A stretch of 64,000 nucleotides of DNA from a bacterium (GTDB lineage Bacteria; Actinomycetota; Acidimicrobiia; Acidimicrobiales; Bin134). This document shows positions 11,720 through 19,783 of this stretch, piece after piece. The stretch's first letter is position 1; every line of letters begins with the position of its first letter. The stretch lies in NCBI GenBank assembly GCA_026705465.1, contig JAPPAP010000025.1:429566-493565 (forward strand). Direction: 5' to 3'. The notes beneath the pieces were generated by a model. The model was given only the letters and a program-made list of their open reading frames with translations, had not been told where the DNA came from and made no database searches. The position numbers and the translations under genes are program-made.

Positions 11720-12019
11720 TTGGCGAACGCTTCACCTGCTGAGAGAATGGAGGGCGTGCAAGACGCGGTCGCCAAGGTCATCGAGGCCATACGTCCCGCA
11801 GTGCAGGCAGACGACGGCGATATCTATTTGCGGGGGGTTGATGAGGACACCGGCGTGGTCACCGTGGAGTTGGTGGGTGCTTGCGTGAGTTGTCCGGCCT
11901 CGACGGTGACGCTCAAGGCCGGGGTGGAGCGCATTCTCAAAGACCGGGTTGAAGGGGTCACCGAGGTGGTGAATGTGGGCCAGAACCTGCTGAGCGATGG
12001 TTCACCGGTTGGTTTGTAG
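11720..12019 (+). CDS. NifU-like (Nfu-type) Fe-S cluster scaffold domain protein
   Basis: IRPAVQADDGDIYLRGVDEDTGVVTVELVGACVSCPASTVTLKAGVE carries the CxxC motif of the NifU C-terminal domain. The start is uncertain: TTG at 11720 or ATG at 11747. Confidence 0.8.
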   Translation: MANASPAERMEGVQDAVAKVIEAIRPAVQADDGDIYLRGVDEDTGVVTVELVGACVSCPASTVTLKAGVERILKDRVEGVTEVVNVGQNLLSDGSPVGL

Positions 12020-12034
12020 CCGAATACCGCGAAC

Positions 12035-12730
12035 ATGATCCCGCAGCGAACCGACACTTGGTACGTCAGCTATGCACTCATCGCTGCCAATGTGGCGGTG
12101 TTCATTGTCGGCATCGGCATGGGGGACAGCCTGGGTGGCGGCGGCGATGGAAACGGTCTCGTTTACCGTGCCGCCACGCTGGGGGGGAACATCGAGTATT
12201 TGGACGAGTGGTGGAGGGTGTTCACCGGTGGTTTCTTGCACCATGGCATGTTCCATCTCGCAGTGAACATGTTCTCGCTCTACATCCTGGGTCTGGCGCT
12301 TGAGCGATCACTGGGGAAGATCCCGTTCACGGCGGTGTACTTGTCCTCGCTGGTAAGCGGGTCGTTCGGAGCGTTGATCGAGACGCCCAACTCGCTGGTC
12401 GCCGGGGCATCGGGGGCCATATTCGGGCTGATGGGCGCTCTTGCGGCCTTGTACTTGACCCAAGGGGTGGGGTTGTTCCAGACCCCGATCGGGCCGATTC
12501 TGGCCATCAACCTCGTGATCAGCTTCACCGTTCGGTCGGTTTCGCTGGGTGGCCACGTCGGGGGTCTCATCGGCGGCTTTCTCGTCGGAGTGGCGGCCGC
12601 TCAGGCAATCCGCCGGCAGCAGCACACCACCGTGATTCCGGTACTGGCCGCGGTAGTGGTGGCGGGGGCTTCCTTTGTCGGTGCGCTATGGGCTGCCAGT
12701 CGCTCTACCGTGGTTCTCATTGTCGGCTAG
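12035..12730 (+). CDS. Rhomboid family intramembrane serine protease
   Basis: 231 aa. It has HHGMFHLAVNM, the catalytic GASGAIFGLMG, and a GGHVGGLIGG histidine motif, with 6-7 TM segments. Confidence 0.88.
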   Translation: MIPQRTDTWYVSYALIAANVAVFIVGIGMGDSLGGGGDGNGLVYRAATLGGNIEYLDEWWRVFTGGFLHHGMFHLAVNMFSLYILGLALERSLGKIPFTAVYLSSLVSGSFGALIETPNSLVAGASGAIFGLMGALAALYLTQGVGLFQTPIGPILAINLVISFTVRSVSLGGHVGGLIGGFLVGVAAAQAIRRQQHTTVIPVLAAVVVAGASFVGALWAASRSTVVLIVG

Positions 12731-13161
12731 GCGAACTGGGCCCGCAGCGTCTTGAGGTTGCGGCGCCACACCCACTCGAGGATGCGGGCGCCGATGATGT
12801 CACCGAGCAGGCCCCCCATCCACCAGGGGAAGTTCAGCTCTTCGGTCCAGCAGAACTCGGTGCGGTTGGTGCCCGCGGGGGCAAGGGTGAAGCGCCCTTC
12901 CCCAGTGACCAGTCCGGTGTGGCGCACTCCGATGGCCTCTTGCTCGGCCCATTCGGTGACCACCATGGCGTCGGTGAGCCGCAGGGGACCGATCTTGGTG
13001 AGGCATTTGAAGGCGGTACCAACTCCTTCGGTTTGGATTCCCTGGAAGGAGATCGACTCGGCGTCGGCCATCCACTCGGTGTGAGAGTCGATGCGGCGCA
13101 CGTACTCCCACACCGCGGGGGTGGGCGCCTCAATGGTGGTGGAAACCCTGATCCTGGCCAC
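12727..13161 (-). CDS. SRPBCC (START/polyketide cyclase-like) ligand-binding protein
   Basis: 144 aa. The N-terminus MARIRVSTTIEAPTPAVWEYVRRIDSHTEWM is typical of the SRPBCC superfamily. Confidence 0.7.
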   Translation of the reverse strand: MARIRVSTTIEAPTPAVWEYVRRIDSHTEWMADAESISFQGIQTEGVGTAFKCLTKIGPLRLTDAMVVTEWAEQEAIGVRHTGLVTGEGRFTLAPAGTNRTEFCWTEELNFPWWMGGLLGDIIGARILEWVWRRNLKTLRAQFA

Positions 13162-13223
13162 AGCCAGAGTCTAAGAGCGCCCCGTGATGAGAATCTCACC
13201 CGTCGGACCGTAGAATTCAGGCC

Positions 13224-13880
13224 ATGTCTGATGCCGACATCGAGTTCTTCTGGGATCCGATCTGTCCGTTCGCGTGGATCACCTCCCGGTGGGTGACCGA
13301 TGTCGCCCGCCAGCGGGACTATTCCGTGGACTGGCGCTTGATCTGCCTGTCGATCCTCAATGAGGACAAAGACTACGACGACTTTCCTGAGGGCTATCAG
13401 GATCTGCACCACAAGGGTCGTCGGATGCTGCGGGTGGCCCAAGCAGTGCGAGAGGAGCATGGCCCCGCCGCAGCCGGCGAGCTGTACACCTCCTACGGGG
13501 CCACCATCTGGAATCCCAACGGGAACATCCGCTCCACGATGGGCGAGGTGGCCTCTGATGAGCATTTGGCCGCGGCTCTCGAACGGGCCGGTGCTTCCGC
13601 GGAGCTGGCCGCCCGGGCTGAGGATGAGTCGCTGGACGACGCCCTGCGAGATTCGACGATGGAGGCGCTGAGCCGCACCGGGCGAGATGTGGGCACCCCT
13701 ATCATCACCTTCCACCACGACCGGGGGTCCACTTCGTTCTTCGGCCCGGTGGTGAGCCAAGTGCCGCCCCCGGAAGAGGCTGTGCGCCTGTGGGACGCAG
13801 TGGTGGCACTGGCCGAATGGCCGTCGTTTGCCGAGCTCAAGCGCTCCAAGCGCGATGATCTCGTATTCCCCTCGGTGTAG
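13224..13880 (+). CDS. DsbA-like thioredoxin-fold protein (monothiol CPFA motif)
   Basis: 218 aa. FFWDPICPFAWITSRW sits at the position of the CxxC active site in DsbA/HCCA-isomerase-like proteins. Only one Cys is present. Confidence 0.7.
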   Translation: MSDADIEFFWDPICPFAWITSRWVTDVARQRDYSVDWRLICLSILNEDKDYDDFPEGYQDLHHKGRRMLRVAQAVREEHGPAAAGELYTSYGATIWNPNGNIRSTMGEVASDEHLAAALERAGASAELAARAEDESLDDALRDSTMEALSRTGRDVGTPIITFHHDRGSTSFFGPVVSQVPPPEEAVRLWDAVVALAEWPSFAELKRSKRDDLVFPSV

Positions 13881-13890
13881 CTGATAGGCG

Positions 13891-15039
13891 GTGGCAATGG
13901 CGTCTGAAGCGATTGCGTATCTAGACAACGCAGCCTCGACCCCGCTCTGCTCGGAGGCGGTGGAGGCCATGGTGCCCTTGCACCGAGAGCTGTACGCCAA
14001 TCCCACCGGCGCCCATCGGATGGCCCGAGACACCCGCCGTCGGATCGACGACGCCCGCGACGTGATGGCCGAGGCTCTGGGTTCACAGCCGGGGGAGATC
14101 GTGTTCACCGGCGGGGGCACCGAAGGCGACAACCTGGCGATGGTCGGCCGGCATATGCAGGTAGGCGGGGTGACGGTTTGCTCGGCCATCGAACACCACG
14201 CGGTGCTAGAGCCTGTGGAGCATCTGGGCGGCCGAGTTGTGGCGGTGGACGCCGCTGGGGTGATCGATTTGGATGCACTGGCCGCAGCCCTTGACGACGA
14301 CGTGACCGTGGTGTCGGTGATGCTGGCCAACAACGAGACCGGCATGGTCCAGCCTTTGGAGCAAGTGGCCGAGGCAGTGCGCTCGCGGGCCTCTCAGGCT
14401 GTGCTCCATACCGACGCGGTGCAGGCTTTTCCCTGGTTGGATGTGGCCTCGCTGGCTGCTTGCGCCGACTTGATCTCGGTCAGCGCCCACAAGTTCGGAG
14501 GACCCAAGGGCGTGGGCGCGCTGGTGGTGCGTCACGGCGTGGAGTTGTCGCCGCTGCTATTGGGTGGCGGCCAGGAAAGGGGACTGCGCTCAGGCACCCA
14601 CAACGCGGCGGGCATCGTTGGCATGGCCGCGGCCGCTGAAGTGGTGCTGAAGAGCCGGGCCGAGCAAGTGGTTCGGTTGGCCGGTCTGCGGGACCGGCTG
14701 GTGGATGGAATCCTGGGCGCGGTGCCAGACACGATCGAGACCGGGGAGAGGTCGGGCAAGGTGGCCGGGTCGGCCCATCTCTGCTTTGAGGGCATCGAGT
14801 CGGAGGCGCTGTTGTTCTTGTTGGAGGATGCCGGGGTGTACGCCTCTGCGGCATCGTCCTGCTCCAGTGGGGCACAGGATCCGTCCCATGTGCTGGCCGC
14901 CATGGGCTACGACCGGGCGTTGGCCGGGGGGTCGCTGCGGCTGTCATTGGGCTATGAGACCACCGACGCCGATATCGATCAGGCGCTGGTGGTGACCCCC
15001 GACGCGGTGGCCCGCCTTCGGGCCTACGGAAAAGGCTGA
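13891..15039 (+). CDS. Cysteine desulfurase (NifS/IscS family, PLP-dependent)
   Basis: 382 aa. It has YLDNAASTP, the PLP lysine in SAHKFGGPKGVG, and a Cys loop SSCSSG. It is immediately upstream of mnmA, as in many actinobacteria. Confidence 0.9.
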   Translation: MAMASEAIAYLDNAASTPLCSEAVEAMVPLHRELYANPTGAHRMARDTRRRIDDARDVMAEALGSQPGEIVFTGGGTEGDNLAMVGRHMQVGGVTVCSAIEHHAVLEPVEHLGGRVVAVDAAGVIDLDALAAALDDDVTVVSVMLANNETGMVQPLEQVAEAVRSRASQAVLHTDAVQAFPWLDVASLAACADLISVSAHKFGGPKGVGALVVRHGVELSPLLLGGGQERGLRSGTHNAAGIVGMAAAAEVVLKSRAEQVVRLAGLRDRLVDGILGAVPDTIETGERSGKVAGSAHLCFEGIESEALLFLLEDAGVYASAASSCSSGAQDPSHVLAAMGYDRALAGGSLRLSLGYETTDADIDQALVVTPDAVARLRAYGKG

Positions 15040-15042
15040 GAC

Positions 15043-16071
15043 ATGCGGGTATTGGCGGCCATGTCCGGGGGTGTGGACTCCTCGGTGGCCGCCGCCATGC
15101 TGGCCGAACAGGGACACGAGGTGGTGGGTGTCACCCTCAAGCTCTGGGGAGGGGAGTCTGACACCGGCTGCTGCTCGGTGTCGGATGTGGAGGACGCCCG
15201 CCGGGTGGCCGACCTGTTGAAGTTGCAGCACCACGTATTCAACTTCGGGGACGCCTTCGATCAGCGGGTGGTGGCCCCGTATGTGGACGACCACGCCGTC
15301 GGGCTAACCCCCAACCCGTGTATCGAATGCAACCGCCACATCAAGTTCGACAAGCTGATGGTGCGGGCTGAGGCTTTGGGATTCGATGCAGTGGCCACCG
15401 GCCATCACGCCCGTCTGGGAGCTGCTAGTGGCGGATACCGGGTGCGCCGAGGGGTGGATGATGCCAAGGACCAGTCCTACGTGCTGTACATGTTGGGCCA
15501 GGAGCAGATGTCCCGGCTGCTGTTGCCCATCGGACATCTGACCAAGGCTGAAGTTCGGGATCGGGCCGCTGAGCTGGGCTTGCGGAATTCGGCCAAGCCC
15601 GACAGCCAGGACGTGTGTTTCATTGCCAACCGGGCCGGGGGACGGCAGGGATTCCTATCTCGTCGCCTGGGGGAGTCGCCGGGGATTGTGGTGGACACCG
15701 ACGGCACGGAGCTGAGCTCAGTCGAGGCGGTGCAGGCGGTGACCATCGGCCAGCGTCGCGGACTCAACCTGGGCGGCACCGATGAGCCCCGGTACGTGAC
15801 CGATGTGGACATCGCGGCAGGCCGGGTGACTGTGGGTCGCCGCGAGGATCTGTACACGCCGATCCAGGATGTGATCAACATCCAATGGGCCGACAGTGTT
15901 GTCGATGGCCCAGTCGACATCCAGGTGAGCGCTCACGGCACCCCCGCGGTCGGGGTGGTGGACCAAGCGGGAGCGGTCCGGTGGCACGAACCCCAGCGCC
16001 GGGTAGCCCCTGGCCAGGCCGTGGTCTTCTACCAGGGTGATCTGGTAGCGGGCGGCGCAGTCGCGGCCTAG
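15043..16071 (+). CDS. mnmA: tRNA 2-thiouridine(34) synthase
   Basis: 342 aa. It has the PP-loop AAMSGGVDSSVAA, CCS, NPCIECN and DQSYVL. Confidence 0.93.
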   Translation: MRVLAAMSGGVDSSVAAAMLAEQGHEVVGVTLKLWGGESDTGCCSVSDVEDARRVADLLKLQHHVFNFGDAFDQRVVAPYVDDHAVGLTPNPCIECNRHIKFDKLMVRAEALGFDAVATGHHARLGAASGGYRVRRGVDDAKDQSYVLYMLGQEQMSRLLLPIGHLTKAEVRDRAAELGLRNSAKPDSQDVCFIANRAGGRQGFLSRRLGESPGIVVDTDGTELSSVEAVQAVTIGQRRGLNLGGTDEPRYVTDVDIAAGRVTVGRREDLYTPIQDVINIQWADSVVDGPVDIQVSAHGTPAVGVVDQAGAVRWHEPQRRVAPGQAVVFYQGDLVAGGAVAA

Positions 16072-16081
16072 TTGGGACTGA

Positions 16082-16930
16082 TCAGATAACCAGGTCGCGT
16101 AGGGCGGTGAGGCGGGGGGCGATCAGGTCAGTGATGATGGCGGGGCGGTCGGTGGGTGGGGCCAAGGCGGCTTCGCCCCACAGGGCCCGGCCGACGGTGA
16201 ATCCGGCACAGCCCGAGGCCACAGCCACTTCGAGTTGGGTGTGGTAGCTCTCGAAGCTGCCGCCGCCCGAAAGCAAGGTCCAGGGCATGTCGCACCGTTT
16301 GGTGATTTCCCAGCAGGCCGCGGCCCACCGGGCCTTTTCGGGGTCTTGGTCGGGATCCACGGGGAAGGGCAGCTTCAACACGTCGACTCCCATGGGGGCG
16401 AAGCGGTCCACGGTCTCTAGCACGATCTGGGGGCGGACCGAAGGGTCGTCTAGGCCATAGAACAACGGCTCCACTAGCAAGGGGATGCCCACTCGGCGGC
16501 ACTCGGCCAAAATTCCAGCCACAGCCCGCTCTTGGGCGGCGGCATGGGGGCGGTCGGGTCGGTAAAGCACCAGCAGTTTGGCCGCAGCCGCGCCGCAGTC
16601 GGCGGCGGCCTGTACCGACCAGCCTTCCAGCAGCCCAACGGGAGCGGCTTCAGGATCGGCCATGTAGCCCTGCGCCTCCAGCGCCGCGGTGAAGCCCACG
16701 CCGGGAGGAAGCGTGCCGTCCAGAAGCTGGGGGATGGAGTACTCCGGCTCGAGCATCACCCCAGTGGCACCGGCCGCCAGTCCGGCCACCAGGTCGCGCT
16801 TCAAGTCGACGATGGCATCGCTGGTCACCGAGTCGGGGTCGTCGGGCGCCAGAACGCTACGCAGCGAGTCCCGGTGGTCGATGGCCAGTACAGCAAACTG
16901 CCCGTTGTGGGTGAGGTCGGCCACGCTCAT
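16082..16930 (-). CDS. Class I aldolase, LacD/DUF2090 type; probable 5-dehydro-2-deoxyphosphogluconate aldolase (IolJ analogue)
   Basis: The start was refined to MSVADLTHNGQFAVLAIDHRDSL, with ATG at 16930, 1 nt after the iolB stop. A candidate Schiff-base lysine lies in DVLKLPFP. It is the last gene of the iol operon. Confidence 0.7.
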   Translation of the reverse strand: MSVADLTHNGQFAVLAIDHRDSLRSVLAPDDPDSVTSDAIVDLKRDLVAGLAAGATGVMLEPEYSIPQLLDGTLPPGVGFTAALEAQGYMADPEAAPVGLLEGWSVQAAADCGAAAAKLLVLYRPDRPHAAAQERAVAGILAECRRVGIPLLVEPLFYGLDDPSVRPQIVLETVDRFAPMGVDVLKLPFPVDPDQDPEKARWAAACWEITKRCDMPWTLLSGGGSFESYHTQLEVAVASGCAGFTVGRALWGEAALAPPTDRPAIITDLIAPRLTALRDLVI

Positions 16931-16931
16931 G

Positions 16932-17789
16932 TCAGTTGGAGGGCACCGCGCCTGCCACCGGCAAAGTCCAGGAGCCGGCGCCCCAGTCGGATTCGATCCA
17001 GGTGTGTTCGGCGGCGAAGCAGGGGGGCGTGCGGCGCTCGTCGCCGATGAGCTCTCCGGCCAGGTAGTTGAGGAAGTACATGTTGGCGCTGGGACAGGCC
17101 ACCGACGTGTGATAGCCCTTGGGCACCAGCACCGCATCCCCGTCGTGAGCCACTACCGCTTCGTCGAAGTCCTCCTCGGTACGCCAATTTCGATGCATGC
17201 AATAGCCCTCCGGGCGGTCGAGGCGGAAGTAGTACACCTCTTCCAGATAGGGCGAACCGTCGCGGCCGTCGTGGCAGTGGGGCGGCCACCCCGACCAGGT
17301 GCCCCGAGGCACGAACACCTCGTACAGGATGAGCTTCTCGGCGGGCAGAGGATGGGCCAGCGAATGGACCACCTGGCGATAGGCCTGGCCTCCGCCCCGG
17401 ATCTCCACCTTCATCTCCGACGGCTCGAATACCCGAGCCGGGTAGCGGCCCTCGGCTGGGGCCGAGCCAACTGCGGCGGTCAGCGAACCCTCGGTGGTGA
17501 TCTCATACGGCGTATCCGGCGGCAAGTAGACAATGCGGCCCAGTTCTTCGAACACCGATGTGCGGCTGATGGCGGCATCGATGTCTTCTGCTTGTACCCG
17601 GCCCGAACCGGACAGCGGAACGATGGCCGTCTCCCGATCGGGCACAACCCCCGACCACGGATCGGACGCAGTGAGTTCCACCACCGAGAAGGCAACGTTG
17701 TTCCACCCCGCCGATTCCGGGGTGATGTCGAGGATCAGCCCCGGTCCCGGCTGGGGTCGGATGGGCCCTGATGCGGGTGCGGTCGCCAT
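16932..17789 (-). CDS. iolB: 5-deoxy-glucuronate isomerase
   Basis: 285 aa. The cupin-like strings LILYEVFVPRGTWSGWPPHCHDG...EEVYYFR are typical of IolB. Confidence 0.88.
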   Translation of the reverse strand: MATAPASGPIRPQPGPGLILDITPESAGWNNVAFSVVELTASDPWSGVVPDRETAIVPLSGSGRVQAEDIDAAISRTSVFEELGRIVYLPPDTPYEITTEGSLTAAVGSAPAEGRYPARVFEPSEMKVEIRGGGQAYRQVVHSLAHPLPAEKLILYEVFVPRGTWSGWPPHCHDGRDGSPYLEEVYYFRLDRPEGYCMHRNWRTEEDFDEAVVAHDGDAVLVPKGYHTSVACPSANMYFLNYLAGELIGDERRTPPCFAAEHTWIESDWGAGSWTLPVAGAVPSN

Positions 17790-17791
17790 GG

Positions 17792-18769
17792 TCAGCCTCC
17801 TGTGGTGGCGATCAGGTCGCCGGTCTCGGTCTCCTGTTTGAAGCGCTCCAGCAGCTCACGGTTGCCCAACGGCTCATACCCCAGAACTTCGGTCGTTCGG
17901 GGAGTGCGAATCGTGGTGTCGAAGGGAATGCGGGCCCCGGCCAGGGACGCCATCATCTCCGGATCGGGCGGAACCGATCTCAAGAGAGACGGGTCGTGGC
18001 CAAACACTTCGCAGGCCATCTGGGCCAACTCCATCCGCCCCGCCGGCTCGCCGCCGCAGCAATGGAAGATGCCGCCCGCGTTCTCGTCTTCCGCGATCAG
18101 CCACATCACCTCGGCGCACTCGCTGGCCAGGCTGGGTGTGGCCGTCATGTTGATGTCGCTGCCCTCCCACACTCCAAACGGCTCCTTTTGTGAGACTGCG
18201 TCGAGCACCGTGGTGACGAAGTAGCCGAAACCGGGGTCTTGGCCCCGAGGCATCTCTGAACGAGCCCAATGGACGCCGTTGACCGCCGACACCCGGGCTA
18301 CCGCGGCCCGGTCAGCCCGCAGCAGAGCAGCCTGCTCGCTGAGCGCCTTCAGCACGCCGTAGTAGTTCACCGGGTTGGGTGGGGTGTGCTCGTCGGCTCC
18401 GACCTGGGTGCCGTCGAACACCCAGTCGGTAGACACCACAATGAGCTTGGCTCCAACCCTGTTGGCTGCGTCGGTCAGAGTGAGAGTGGCGTCTACGTAG
18501 CTGCGCCACGCCAGTTCCCGCTGGTTGTATATCCCGTGGAGGTCGTTGAGGATCATGGAGTGGACGATCACGTCGGGGTCGAACTGGTCCACGCTGGCCG
18601 CAACCGCATCGACGTCTAACAGATCCAACGGCTCGATGGTGTAGCCCCGGGGGTTGTCGGGGATGAAGGAATGAACCGGGCAGTGCACGGTGGCGCCATG
18701 TCGCTCGGCGAACACCTTCACGATGTTGGCGCCGATGAAGCCCGTTCCCCCGGTGACGTACGCGCGCAC
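17792..18769 (-). CDS. NAD(P)-dependent extended SDR (RmlD substrate-binding/epimerase-reductase type)
   Basis: 325 aa. It has VTGGTGFIG and the catalytic YGVLK. Confidence 0.75.
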   Translation of the reverse strand: MRAYVTGGTGFIGANIVKVFAERHGATVHCPVHSFIPDNPRGYTIEPLDLLDVDAVAASVDQFDPDVIVHSMILNDLHGIYNQRELAWRSYVDATLTLTDAANRVGAKLIVVSTDWVFDGTQVGADEHTPPNPVNYYGVLKALSEQAALLRADRAAVARVSAVNGVHWARSEMPRGQDPGFGYFVTTVLDAVSQKEPFGVWEGSDINMTATPSLASECAEVMWLIAEDENAGGIFHCCGGEPAGRMELAQMACEVFGHDPSLLRSVPPDPEMMASLAGARIPFDTTIRTPRTTEVLGYEPLGNRELLERFKQETETGDLIATTGG

Positions 18770-18775
18770 TTCCGG

Positions 18776-19783
18776 TCAGCCGATCTCATCGGTCCGCACC
18801 GGGCGGCGCTCGTGTACTGAGCGCCACGCGGCCAGTCCGATCACCAGCGGGGCCCGACCGTCGGCCAGAGTTACCGGCGAAGGCGCCCCCTCCATCATGG
18901 CGGTGAACGCCTCCCACTCGGCCAGATACGAGGGGACATAGCGCTCCAAGAAGAAGTAGGGCAGGGTCGGCATTTGGGCGCCGTCGGCAGTGCGGGTCAC
19001 CGCGGTGGCGGTCAAGGGGTTTTCCGACGCTGCCATCCCGGCCGAGCCGAACGCCTCTACCCGCTGGTCGTAGCCGTACACCGCCTGGCGGCTGTTATCG
19101 ATGGTGCTGATGGCGTTGTTCTCGTGGGTGCAGACAATCACCGCGGTGTCGAGATCACCGACTTCGCCGATGGCTTCGTCGATCAGCACCGCACCGGTTG
19201 CGTAGACCTCGGTGACTTCGCTCCCAGTGATGAAACGGATCATGTCGAAGTCGTGGATGGTCATGTCGCAGAAGATGCCGCCGGACTCGTCCAGGTACAT
19301 CAGCGGCGGGGGCTCCGGGTCGCGGCTGGAGATGCGAACAAGATGGACGTCGCCGATGTCTCCAGCCTCCACCCGGTCGCGTACATAGCGGTGGCTGGGG
19401 TCGAAGCGCCGGTTGAATCCCACCTGCACGGGAATGCCAGCCGCCTCGGCGGCGGCGATGCCCCGATCCACGTCGGCCAAGTTGAGGGCTAGCGGTTTCT
19501 CAACGAAGGCGGCTTTGCCGGCTTCGGCGGTGGCCACCAATAAGTCGATGTGGGTGTGGGTGGAGGTGCAGATGGCCACCGCGTCCACATCGTCGGCTTC
19601 GAGGATCTCGGTGGGCTTGGCGGCCTGGCGCACGCCCAAATCCTCAGCTAGCGCGGCCGAGGCGTCGTCCACCACGTCGTAGACCGCGGCCACCTCGGCA
19701 CCAGGCACTTGGCGGGCGAGGAGCTCGGCATGCATCCGCCCGATCCGCCCGCAGCCCATGATCCCCACACGGACTGAGCTCAT
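18776..19783 (-). CDS. iolG: myo-inositol 2-dehydrogenase (Gfo/Idh/MocA family)
   Basis: The start was refined to MSSVRVGIMGCGRIGRMHAE, which gives a TAATG overlap with the upstream gene. It has EKPLA, VGFNRRFDP, and YGYDQRVEAFG. Confidence 0.82.
   Translation of the reverse strand: MSSVRVGIMGCGRIGRMHAELLARQVPGAEVAAVYDVVDDASAALAEDLGVRQAAKPTEILEADDVDAVAICTSTHTHIDLLVATAEAGKAAFVEKPLALNLADVDRGIAAAEAAGIPVQVGFNRRFDPSHRYVRDRVEAGDIGDVHLVRISSRDPEPPPLMYLDESGGIFCDMTIHDFDMIRFITGSEVTEVYATGAVLIDEAIGEVGDLDTAVIVCTHENNAISTIDNSRQAVYGYDQRVEAFGSAGMAASENPLTATAVTRTADGAQMPTLPYFFLERYVPSYLAEWEAFTAMMEGAPSPVTLADGRAPLVIGLAAWRSVHERRPVRTDEIG

Noticed and set aside
11529-11735. A 68-aa minus-strand ORF with one hydrophobic segment, lying between murA and the NifU-like gene.
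   Set aside because: It overlaps the murA 3' end by 47 nt and has no motif or clear RBS. A small membrane protein cannot be excluded, but the sequence alone does not support it.
12834-14345. A 503-aa minus-strand ORF across the SRPBCC, DsbA-like and cysteine desulfurase genes.
   Set aside because: It is antisense to three motif-supported genes. Its composition (Pro/Ser/Arg/Ala runs) is typical of out-of-frame translation in high-GC DNA.
16931-17137. N-terminal extensions offered by the ORF track for many genes. The other ranges are 19784-19921, 21202-21315, 30551-30604, 31494-31565, 38976-39113, 42028-42180, 43179-43265, 44471-44743, 58461-58580 and 61078-61212.
   Set aside because: The extended parts overlap the upstream gene and are Arg/Pro-rich. 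Each has an internal ATG or GTG that restores a family-typical N-terminus, usually with a 1-4 nt overlap or an RBS. I used the shorter coordinates.
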